Positions 48,860-60,515 of a DNA stretch of 64,000 nucleotides are shown here, piece after piece. The notes under the pieces are model-generated. The model had not been told where the DNA came from, ran no database searches, and saw only the letters and a list, made by a program, of their open reading frames with translations. How positions within the stretch are numbered: the stretch's first letter is position 1; each line of letters begins with the position of its first letter. Position numbers and translations under genes: made by a program. The DNA is from Basidiobolus meristosporus CBS 931.73 (Eukaryota; Fungi; Basidiobolomycota): contig MCFE01000173.1 in assembly GCA_002104905.1 (NCBI GenBank), positions 62,001 through 126,000 on the forward strand, written 5' to 3'.

Positions 48860-49499
48860 GTGGCTGTCACTGTCTATCAAAGTATTTTCTTCTTCCCTCC
48901 TATAAGTGGTTGATTTTCTTGATTTCTCATCGAGCAGCCCTCCACATGCATACTTTGTTCTTTCTTCTGGCACTTTAAGACTTCTTCTCCTAAACTTTTA
49001 GGAGGGCATTCTTCTCCCACCACAACATCCCAAAGACCGCTTTCCTATAGCAGCATCTTCATCTTCACCATCCAGACTTGACAGTGAGATCCATCCAACA
49101 TTTCAGCAGAGGGGAGAATTCCACAGAGTGACAGCACAGGGATCATAGCCTGCGGTAAGAGTTATGGAGATGTTGGAAGGGATCGGGAGAACAAGTGGAT
49201 TATGTGGTTTTCACTTGGTGATTTATTCAATGTGAAAGTGATATTTGAACTTCCACATGGTCTTGGCAAAACAAACGTGGGCAATATGTTTGGGAAGGTC
49301 CCAAGGGCATGCGTGCGAAGCTTGGGGCAGTTTGGACAACCCGACAAAATTCCATGTTCTGGGTAGCTGAGATTTTGGTGAAAAGATTCCAGGTAAATCC
49401 CGACCAGGAGTTTGCTCGGAATTCTCAAAGATCTGTAGGGAATGATCCAAGTGACCAAGTTGGGTGAATATTTAGGTGCAATTACGAGTTTTTACACCA
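48860..49499 (-). mobile_element. Copia B 5' LTR (49151-49499), PBS GGCTATGATCCC and deleted gag
   Basis: gag start VWMVKMKMLL..GLWDVVVGEECP; this LTR retains CpGs that its siblings have lost. Confidence 0.88.
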
Positions 49500-49500
49500 G

Positions 49501-49971
49501 ATTTCTGGGCGGCTATTTGATGCGTGTTGGGCGTCCCAGAGTCCCGAGATGCATTGCATTTGGCATGTGCCCATACTGTACCTCCAATGGGGTAGAATCA
49601 CCCAGTACAATGTTGAACCATCGCTACCCGATATGCCTGCTACAGCTCCAGGCCAATATATATTAGGGTGATGATTGATCATGGATACTGTTGCATCCAT
49701 TGCTGACCGGTTGGCCCACATTCTGAGGCACTATTTCGCAATGGAGAATACATCAGAGCAGCCGCAGAGGACATGTGATATCCACCTCTGAGTTAGGTTG
49801 CAGGATAGAGCCTATATCGATGGCTCCAGCAGCATCCCTGGACTGCCCCCCATAATAACACTGGCCACACTTTTACAAGGCTGTATACCAAGTGTGTACA
49901 CTTTATTGGTAGGGGACGGGGACGGGGATGAGGATGAGGATGAGGATGAGCATGGTGGAAGACACCACTGA
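49501..49971 (+). pseudogene. Unidentified decayed reading frame with an acidic tail
   Basis: About 157 codons interrupted only by three TGA codons (49669, 49672, 49789), ending GDGDGDEDEDEDE; no homology recognised. Confidence 0.35.
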
Positions 49972-50129
49972 TCCAAGGACTAGCCCATAAATGATTGGTT
50001 GAATATGTAACAAGCAGCGAAAGCCTCGAGCAATATTCTTCTTGGAGTGAGGCATGGATCACCGCCACTGTAGGGGTCTATAAGGGGGAGGGGAGGAGAG
50101 GGAGGGGATGGTACGTAACAATAGATCAA

Positions 50130-53100
50130 CTAAAGGAAGAACCCAGCACCAGTGTCAATTTCAGGCTTCGGCTCGGGCGAGGGGACGTCGTTGGGAGTCT
50201 TGGATAGCTCGACATCTAGGATCAACTGTCAGCAATAGCCGGGAGCACCGAGGAAACCCTACACCACACTTACCATCCATCTCTTCCTCGAATCTCTCCT
50301 GTATGAACGTGGGCTCTGGTTAGCTTCTCGTGCAAATGACATGCCAACCCATTGATGCGTTACCTCCTCCGGGTCGTTCCCGTATTCCTCTTTCAGCCGG
50401 TGGTGGATTCTCAACCCGGTGATCAGCTTCCTCCATTTGGCAAGCGCCGCCATCTCCAGCTTCGTGAACTCCTTCTCTTGTCGATTCCGCTCGAACTCCT
50501 CGTACGCCTAGTGGGATGGTTCGTCAGTGGCGTACCGATTGCCTCGGCTCCGATGCGTCACCCTACCTCCATGATGATCTCCTTGGATTCCACCGGGACA
50601 ACAATCCCCTTGACAACCGGAATACACCTTCGGCAGTGGAATTCGAATCCGACCACCGCCTCCGCATAATCCACCTCCAGTTTTTTGGCTATCCTCGCGA
50701 TACCTTTGACTTTGACCGGGATGACGGTTAGAATGGTTCCGGTAGTCGACTCCGGTCTCACTTACATGGAAGATGCACGGCGCCCTCCGGCAGCATGCTG
50801 TCCTTGTACAAATCGATGTTCCCGAACTTGTTTTTCGGGATTTTGCCCTACGGTAGAGATGTGAGTATTCTAGCGCACGCAACCTGTTTGGCGAGTGGCA
50901 CTTCCACTTACATCGACCACTGGAGGTGGCCTGTATTCTTCGGTTTGCCAGATTCCGTACAGTGCCGATTGCGGGTCAACAGCCTCCCCGGAATCCATGG
51001 CCATCATGTTATGCATGCGCTGCTTATTGATGGTTACCACTCTTGCTTTGACGTACTTGACAGGCTCTTCGCCAGGCTAAGCAGCCATGATTAGTTGGGG
51101 GATTCTAGTTAGGGAAGCAAGGGGCTGGCTCACCTTCACCGTACGCCCCTCTTTCAACCAGGTTTCCGTGGTATGAGTCTAAAAAAAGGATTGTCTAGTA
51201 CACGTCAGCGGCTAGCATTGCTGGGCGATCAATACCTCCTTGACGCAGCTTCTGGGATATATCGGCTCGCCACGAATATGTCCGATAACCGGCCCTTGGG
51301 GATGCAGTACTTCGAACTTCTTTAAATGCCGCTCAAGCACATATAGCGGGTGGTTGTTGAATGCCGCTATGGAGGTAGGCATTGCCTCGGATACCTCGCA
51401 TGAGAGCAACTCGGCATCTTCGAGCTCATCTGCTTGCTATATCCGTAGGGGGTGTGAGTAGGCGTGCTGGAGAGCGCATATCGTTGTCAAGCGCTTACAC
51501 TCTTGTATCGACGGGCATAGAACGACAAGGTCTCCCCCCACCAGTCATACCCATCCTTAGCCACTGGCACTCGGAGCTTCTTGGTCTTCGCGCCCCATTG
51601 TCGGGTGTACCGTCTTGTCACATCTTTTATGCATCCATCTAGAGTTCGAAATCATGGAAATTCAGATACGGAGCTTCTTCTGGACGCATGAGCCTGCTTA
51701 CCAGCTTCATATGCCACCACATAAGCCAGACTGTACGGGTTGTCGGCGGAGGGCTCCATCTCAGCAACCTTGCTTACCAGCCCACGAACACAATCCACAG
51801 AGACCCATTTGTTGTTGTACGGCGAAAGGATCTCGGCCCAGAACAACGGTGGCTCTCCCTCGGCTTTGGTTTCAAGGCGGTGAGTTAGACGCTACCAGTG
51901 ATTCATGAGGAGTGAACCCCGACCCACCTTCTCGTTTCTGACCAAAATATTTACTCTTGCTGGCAGTGACTTCCTCTTTGATGGTTTTCATGACGCCGCT
52001 TTCCACATCGGCGACTCCACTCCTTTGTTTGCCTCTACGTCGCGCGGATTTCTTGGTTGTCTTGGGAGAAGAAGCGCTACTGGATACATCCGAGTTGCCA
52101 TTCTTGGAAGAGCTTGTTGGAGCTTTCAAGGGTGCAGGCTGGAGAGAGATGACCAGTCTGGCCGTCAAGCCAACAGCACGACACAACGCTACAAACAATT
52201 GGGTTGACACCTCAGCGCTTCCACGGGGATAATTGAGAGAGTTAGTCAAGTGTTGCAAATTCATGGAGTCCGCGACTTCCTCGGATTCAACCTAAAACTG
52301 TAATCAGCATCGTACAAACTGGAACTGGCAAGCTCGGTGTGTACGTACAACCTCCTCCTGATCAGTCGTTTGGCATTCGCTGCCAATCACTTCAAAATAG
52401 GCGTACCACCAGGAGGCTAGCTTCTCGATGGCAATCAGGAATCGGCTGTTCTTCACGGTTGCTGTGTCCTTCCGGGTCTCTAGACTGAGCGATGCGTATA
52501 TCTTCTTCGGCAGAGTTGAAAGGGTCAGGGCGCGCAACTCGGAATTGTTACAGATGTTGTTGCGGTAAATCCCATTCGCCAATAGACACAGCAGATGCGC
52601 CTTGTGTGTCTCCAGGCGGATTAGACGTTCCATTTTGGACAAGCCTGAGGATTTCGCCCTGGTTTCGAAGGTTCCGTGAGACCGAGTACATGGCTGACCA
52701 GGAAACGGATATTGATACCAACCTTGGTTTGACCTTCGGAGTGTCCAACGTAATGGTCAATGTTTTGAATTTCGTCTCTTCATAAGGCTCGTCGGCGGAG
52801 ACTTGACTCTCTAGAAAAATCAAATGTGAGTTATCTAAGCCACTAGCATCACAATCTCTCCTTCTGTGCTAACCAGCAACTGTGGACGATTTTTCACTGC
52901 CGTTTCCTGGCACTGCAACCTCCTCCCAGTCTTCCTCCTCCTCGCTTTCTTCATCACTTTCATGTCGTTCTGGCTTTTCCTCTTCAATGGTAGGGAAATC
53001 CGTCGACTTGGCTGCTGGCACTTGTTCAGCAGATGCAGTGAGCCGATGGGCAGTGCCATCATCTGCGCGCTCAGCAATGTCCAACGAGGGATTTTCGGAT

Positions 53101-54227
53101 TTGATGACCGATTTTCCAAGGATCTTACGAGGCATTGGCCCACCCGGTGAGTCCTCGAAGAATTTCGATGTGATTATCGCAGGCGACTTTTCTATTTTCA
53201 AGATCTGCGGTTCGTCTGTTGCATCTAGAGACTCCGCTTGCTGGGCAATTGCGGGTTTTCCAACTTCCTCGTTCGATTGGTCGATTGATTTATGGCTGCT
53301 AGTGAGCTCATTCCGAGCATTCGAATGAATGGATTTCGACTGCAAATCCAAGCCCTGTGTATCATCCACCTGTTTCTCAGCAGCCTCTGCATGAGAATTC
53401 ACCCTATCTATATCAACTGAGAAACGCGATTGGGTGTTTTTTTGTTTCTTTTTGGCTGATGGTTCTTCTCTGTTTACTGGATGCACGTTGCTCCGTTTAC
53501 GAACGATGGCATCATGCTTCTCGGCTGTCTCAGGCTCAGATTCTAATTGTGGGTTCAAGTCTAGCTCTAAATCAAATGTTTCCTCCGGATCTGATTCCAA
53601 CATGGCTGGCATCGGTGGTGGACTAGGAGGCATTTCAATGCGTAGCTTATGTCTACAAGGGCTAGCTTCATTTTGAATATCAATAAACCCATCAGATACA
53701 TCGTCATCAGTCGCCGGGAGCGTTTTAGTAGGAGTTCTTCGCTTCTTTGGTGTGACACTAGACGACTGGCCTTTGGAAGGCATTCCTCTTTTTCGAGGGG
53801 TCGATTTTGGAAGAGGCTCAAAGTCACTGAGATCAGAACCAAGCAAGGAATCTTCAGAGAATTCCGAGGCTTCTGAATATTCGGAGGTCTCTTTGGAATT
53901 CGCCTTCAGCTGCTTTTCTTTCTGAGGCGATTGTTTTTTTGCTGAGCGGGAGGTTACTTTCGAAGCACGATTCGACTTTCTAGCGGGTGCTCTGTCGTTG
54001 CTCTCCTCGATAGCCTCATGGCTGTTATTCGGTTTGGTTAAACTCTGCTCCGAGGAGATGATTTCACGGTCGCTTAGTACTACATCTGAGGAGGCAGCGT
54101 TGGTTGCGGTTGCCTTTTGCTTCTTTGGCTGTTTGCGTTTGGGGGTCGGGGTTTTTTTAGTCGGAGTGTTTTTGGAAGGAGAAGGAGCACTCTCGATCTT
54201 GGCACGGGTTTGACTGCGTAATTGCAT
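50130..54227 (-). CDS. RAD4: Rad4/XPC nucleotide-excision-repair damage sensor (about 11-12 exons)
   Basis: Spliced translation gives ERLIRLETHKAHLLCLLA, GSAEVSTQLFVALCRAVGLTARLVISLQP, PLFWAEI..KWVSVD, KDVTRRY, NHPLYVLERHL (BHD1), LYGIWQTEEY (BHD2) and IPKNKFGNIDLY..AVVGFEF (BHD3). ATG at 54227; exon 1 ends at 52874. The last two exons and the stop (TAG at 50132-50130) are tentative. Confidence 0.95.
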
Positions 54228-55908
54228 CACGAGTACACACAGTGCTGTGCTCACTCGGTTTCTCTGGTAAGCTTTGAGTAGCGAGGAAACGGTCTACAGG
54301 CCACCACCAATTGTAACAATAAAAGGCTAGTGCTTGTTTGCCTCCCTTAACAAGTGATCAACGTCACAATCTGAAGTTTTTTTTAGATTCATGAAACCAA
54401 TCTTTTCTTCCCGATCTGCACTCGCCAATCGCCTCGGTGATCATCACCATGGCTGCGCCGCATCCACTGACTGCGAACATCAATCATGCGCCTGGTGATT
54501 GTGATTCCTGGGCAACACATGAAACCTCTGGCCATCAGGCAGGCGCTGGTATTCAGACCATCGATCGGCATGAAAAAATGGACGCTCACCCTTCCCAGCA
54601 GTCTCAGCACCATTCTTCTCAGGCAGTAGTCGACGTTTGCTTACATTGTGTACTGGTAATTATGGCATCACGAACAGACGGACAACTATCATCTGGCATT
54701 TGGCGCAACCGGTGGCCCGTTTAAACGGCGCAGGCCATGTGAAGGGACTGGAGCTCTGGTCGGCGGGAATTCGATTCCATTACGGTGGGATTCGTATCTC
54801 GCAGATCGATTTGCCATAATGGCTTGATGAGTGATTATTGAGCAGAAAGATATTACATGTACATTGTATTGGTGGCAGATGCAATGGGCCTTGGAAAATC
54901 AATTGAGCCCGCGCTTGAATATTATCCTATACACCTGCTGGCAGTTGACGCTTTCCTGCCATGACAGGTTAACCGTTGCTTCATACCAACTGGCGCTCTG
55001 CTTCCCCAGAGAGAGCATGCACACGTGAAACGTTTCTGAGGAGCAGTGCTCATAGCATGGTCTTTGGATACTCCGCACATCAAGACCACCCCCTTCCCCA
55101 CCGTCGTAGGCATCCAATCAGGAAGCGATAGGCCAGTCACTTCTCAGTACACTGACTGAAGTATGGGTGGTTTGGTTGCCTGAGGCGCAAATAATAGTTG
55201 GTGGTACATCACACAAATGTGCATTTAACTTTTGCGTATTTTTGTCCAATTGGTCAAATGAGTAGCAGAGCTTTTGGGCCAGTTGCAGCATATTCTTTGC
55301 ATTGTGGGGTTATTCCCGGTTCTTTCCCAAATCCCATCTGTCATATTATCGGGATCAGAGCAGAATTCCCCAATTCTCCACGGGAAACCCTGTCGGGAAA
55401 ATATGGTGAAACGTGGCTCGACCTATATCGGAAATTGATGCAGCAGTGGGATTCTACATATAATGTCGCTCAAATTCAATATGCTAACCTGATAATTCCG
55501 ATGGATGTGCCAGCTTTTAATACGAAGATGATTGAAATTTGAGTGATGTAAGAGATTAATAGTCCATCGTTCCAGATTCCCACCAATGATGTAGAGGATT
55601 CAGACAAAACAATGAATTTCCGATTCATCATTTGTTTACATGCATATAAGCGGATCTGTGAAGTGAGCCGTTTCAGCTTTGCAAACAATCATTTTCCCTT
55701 GCACCTTTCAAATAGATTTCTGCCATCTTGGACTTTTCAAAGCCGTTTGCAACCATTGTTTAATAATATTCATTGATTTCATACACGTAACCTACGGGGA
55801 CATCCATTTTATCCTAGTATATTAATTCCCTCCGTTCAGTCTTGCTTCAACATCGCTTTGCACATCTTGGTCTAGGTCCACATTCATTTGCTGGTTTCAT
55901 AGTGCAAG

Positions 55909-56696
55909 ATGACTTATCTTCGCAGAAAGTTAGTTATTGTGGGGGATGGTGCTTGTGGGAAAACATGCCTTCTTATGGTGTATGCCAAAAACGAATTCCC
56001 TGCGGTATATACTCTGTTCGTTTCCTGTGGAGACCTTGGAAACCTCGCTAACTGTGCCTCTTTTGCTCACTTCCTTAGACCTACGCACCCACCGTCTTCG
56101 AAAACTACGTTGCTCGTGTTCAGGTCAACCGGAAAGTCATAGATTTATCTCTGTGGGATACTGCAGGCCAAGAAGAATATGACCGTCTCCGCCCACTCTC
56201 CTACCCAGAAACTCATGTTGTTTTATTGGCATTTGGCATTGACAACCCAATATCTCTTAGTAATATCGCCGAAAGAGTATGTTTCTGCCCAAGCTCACTA
56301 GTCAAACTGTTCACTGACCTGGCTCTTCTTTTGCACCGAATTCCAGTGGCATCCAGAAATCGAACACTTTCTAAAGAACGTCCCATTCTTTTTGATTGGG
56401 TGTAAGCAGGATCTTCGTCAGGATTCCGCGACCATCGCAAGCCTCGCTAGACGAGGAATGGTCCCTGTCACATACCAAGAGGTACTAGTGTTGTCAGATA
56501 AACTGGCCCAATTGCACCATCGTAATGAATCTTCCGGATCTAGGGGGAAACCATGGCACGCCAAATCCAAGCCCGACGTTACTTGGAGTGCTCAGCCAAG
56601 CTTGGCATCGGTGTTGAGGAAGTTTTCGAGGTCGCTGCGCGAGCCGCCATCAGCCTTGGCACCAAAAAGGTCATGCGCAGCTGCCTAGTGTTGTAA
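55909..56696 (+). CDS. Rho-family small GTPase (RhoA/Rho1-like paralogue), 193 aa, 4 exons: 55909-56004, 56079-56276, 56347-56481, 56544-56696
   Basis: [46 protein letters not shown] and CAAX box CLVL. Three GT-AG introns keep the frame (582 nt total). Confidence 0.96.
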
Positions 56697-59600
56697 TCAT
56701 AAACACAAATCATCAGTCATTATACGGCCCAGCTTCATAGAGCCAAGCATGGCACTATTCTGTTGATTATATCCTACCAAGTTCGAGATATGAACCTCCC
56801 ACGGTTGGCACTGATAATATTATTCATTCATTCCTCCAGGACCCAAATTTTGTTAATAATAAAGCTAAACTAGTAGCCGCCAGGATTCATTTGGGCTGCA
56901 TGCTGGAAGAGGCAACATCTAGTTGATTTGGTTAAATCGGCCTTGATTGAATCCTACTCTGTCTCTGGGTGGTTTATTAATGCAGGAACCCATGTATCCA
57001 ATGAGGCATTTCCTAAATGATTTTAAGGTTTGCGGTCGCCAAGAATGGTCCAGGCTCGGGGCCCGACGTAGGGTACTTGTTGGTTCATGCGCGGCATGCT
57101 TCTGATGGTTACTCGCAAGTCCAGTAGGGGGGCTTCAACGAAACCCAGCGAATTCAGTGTGAAGGGGAGCAGACAGAGCAGCAACCAAGGGAGTTGAATA
57201 TACCCACCTCATGGGTTTGCTTAGAGCATCGGCAGCATCTTTGCTGATCAAGCGTCAATCTTATGGGGGGGGGTTGAGAAACCGGTGCTGACATGGGTGC
57301 CAGTGAGCTGATGATACACTTATATGAGCAGCCAAAATATTAGACCGATTGGCCGAACAGGCCCCGGTGTACTCCAAAGCTTGTTATCTTGCCCGCTCAT
57401 CCCGTATTCGCCATAACGAACGATCGCCACCTACCACGCCGTCCGCGAATCCAAGGGCGAGGAGATATTTGAATGTGGCCTGAAGGTTGAAGGGGCGGAA
57501 GATCCAATCTCCGTAGTACGAGCAACTTTGGCATGAGTATTTTACAGCAGATAGAGTTGGGAGTTAAGTAGGACCCCCATTATTATGCGTGGTATGCTTT
57601 CTTCGTTGCCTTGAATTTTCCTGATTTCCAGGTCAGTCGCGAAAAGAGATACAGACCAAAAGTTGGCTTCCCACACAGAGTCGGCCAAGAGGAGACCAGT
57701 GGGAAAGCAGTGATATAGTGACCTTGCCTTGAATATATGGGCCATCTTTGCGGATCAGCCTCGGACTTGAAAGATCAACCCGGGCTTGGCCGTCTTGCTT
57801 CACTCTGAAAGCTCCAGGCAAACAGCTTGCTGAGTGTCAAAAGCCATATTCCTCGCACTATCAATAAATCAGTTGGAGCCATTAATGGGGAGGTTTGTCA
57901 TGAAGGATACCCAGTAAGTGTCACCCAAACTGGCTTGAATAGGAGCGGTTGCTGGAATGACACATTGGGCTTGGAATACTGCCATCAGTAATGATACACA
58001 TCATTACATCACCATGGACTATGCAAAATGTCTATGGAGGAAATATTCTTTGCACTACAGTCAATAACCTACGTGAGAAGATCTCGTGAAATGTACTCGG
58101 CAAATCTAGCCGGAGGTAGAGCTTGGTATCATCCTCCTAATCGAGGATTATCAATCATAGGTGGTGGTGCGGATTTGGGTCGAGAATGCCCAGGCCGATT
58201 TGTGTCGTGAGATTTGTATCTGCGTCACCAGCTGGGTCTAGGATAGTCCCAAGCTGAACAAAACCTAGATAACCAAAAGGTAATCCTCGATAGCAACCAG
58301 GAGAATCCATCCAGGTCAGACTTAATCATTTAGCCGAGATACTAGATGGCGTCTACCGCTACACTCTGTCACCACCTGTTCGGCTCTTCAGTTCACATTG
58401 CCCCCGCACCATCGGAAAACACGGCCAAGTACTCGAGCGTGCGCTGGTGTGAATGTGCAGTGTGGGTGGCGGGGCCACTTAGCTCCCCCTGCAAGCCTAC
58501 GGCATACACGCTCCTTCCCAGCGTCCTTGGATACTGCAACCTGGCCCTTCTAGTCTTCGGAATGCCAGTTCTCATGGGCTACTTTACACCATTATCTGCG
58601 AAACAAACTCAATCACGGGGCTTCGATCTGTTTAGCACGGTGATAAATGGCATAGGAAGCGGACTTGATCCTGTATCGGCCTAATCCAACTTCGCATCCC
58701 CAGACTCCCAGGATGGAGGGGCCTCAGACTAATCCTCGATCTCATGCGGAGGATGGGGATTGTCTAGCTATCGCGATGCCAGAGTGATGATGTGGATGTT
58801 GGGGGATGTTGGGGAGGTGATGCTGGGATAAGACAACGCTTCCATTGCGATGGCTCAGGTGAAACACCGCCTCGCTTGCAGTGCGAGGATAAGGATACCA
58901 CTACCGCTGCAGTGGCTCATGTGAAACAACCCATACTGCATTGGCAAGCCGTTATCTCTTTTAGCGGATTTCTGTGAATGGAGCCATTTCGAGAGGTGAG
59001 GGTGGGCAGATAATCCGCGAGATTATCATCTAGATTAGTTTTCGAATCAGGATTGCTCGAGTCTGCCGCCTTCACCATTTGCTGGATTGCCCCCAAAAAA
59101 CGCTAGTCTAGTCTCTTGGGTGCTGGGCATTCGATGCCCCAACACTGTCTAAGGTTCGGGCGGCGCATGATCATTGGGGCCCTGCCACACGCTGTGTCGA
59201 GAGCAGGGAGCGAGCACACCGTCGGCGTACTCCGGTTGTGGCCACCGCGCACACGCAGTGACTACACCTCTGGTTGGAGGATGTGGCGAGGATCCAAGTG
59301 CCGTGGATGAACATCGATCTATACGTCGCGAGCAAACAAACAGGCATGTGTGGCCCTCGAATCTGACCAGTCCGGCCTGATAATCCCATGAGAGCCTCGG
59401 TAGTGACTTCCACTTTCGTCCCACTGGACGCCCGCAGAGGCTCGTTTGATTTGACTGATTCTGATGCTTGAGGCGATTACTGAATATTACGAATGGCCAG
59501 CTGACCCAGGGTTGCTGTTGAATACGCTTGATCTCCAGGAGACACCGTTCTCGGAGTGCTAACCAATCGTGGAGGATTGCCCGAATCTTTCCCCACGATC

Positions 59601-60515
59601 AATTCCCATGGAAGTGATCTGAAATGGAAGCCCAATATCGCAATTCCAATGGAATCTCTCCAAAATGCGGAGTAAATCATCGAATACCAGGGTTTTGTCG
59701 TGGATATGTGTACCTCGGGTTCCTCTTAATATGGTCATCTCTGAGATGTCGCCAGCAAAGATTATCAGTTGATTAATGAGGCAATGCTGGTAGCAGCTGC
59801 AATGCCCGTTACAAATCGTTGCTAATTGCTGCTGCCAGCGCTGATGTGGTTTTGACTCGGTGTAACTCTTGTCTTCCACTGGAGCGGCTACCCTTGACAG
59901 GCGTAATCTCGAATGATTCCTTTCGTGTCTGCAGGCGATCTTTGTAGCAATCTCTTGCTTGCCCGTAACTGTGGATCCCTTCAGATAATCTAAATTCCAG
60001 GTTCAAATCAACTGGTCCCCCGAGCTAGTTGGCCAGATTGAAGCACAACATGTTGCCAAGCTACATTCAGTGCATTCTAGGCACTTCATGAATCTCGTTA
60101 GTTCATAGGCTTGTGCTTCGTGGTTTCATACTCTAATCCTTCCCAATGGGGATGTGGATGGCGAGTTTGATGGAGATATAGTGAAGTGGGCCCCTGGCCA
60201 ATCAGCGCCCCCAGATTCCAGATTACCCTGCAAAAAATTAATCATCGTTAGAACATCGTCCAGATGATCCTATTCATGTGGCATCATCTGTCGTTTTTAT
60301 ACAGATTACTGTGAGCTCTCATTCAGTTTGGGATGAAGTGGTCAAGATAATCAGTATAAACCAGTTATCTCTCGGATAAGAAGCTCGTGAGACTGGATCG
60401 TTCGTCATGGATTTCTGCTTTATATATTGATACGGTTTGCTTTGATCTACCAATTTTATCCTTCACATCGCCGTCTCTTCCTTCCCTCCAGCGGCCTACA
60501 CACTTCTTCGACATC

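Noticed and set aside
1-49100. Classical ascomycete RIP (CpA to TpA)
   Set aside because: CpA and TpG are abundant and TpA is not visibly enriched; the visible transitions centre on CpG, and a 4-kb Ty3 frame survives with one stop.
52492-54213. Plus-strand ORFs overlapping RAD4 (e.g. 52882-53328)
   Set aside because: Antisense shadows of low-complexity coding sequence.
55198-55542. 114-aa ORF in the RAD4-Rho intergenic region
   Set aside because: GTG start, no recognisable domain or splice support.
59990-60020. tRNA gene (GGTTCAAATC, B-box-like)
   Set aside because: No A box, acceptor stem or cloverleaf in the flanks.
60387-60515. 43-aa N-terminal extension of the cyclin given in the ORF track
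   Set aside because: It starts at GTG; the first ATG in good context is at 60516. Likewise the RAD4 track start (54254) is GTG, and ATG 54227 is preferred.
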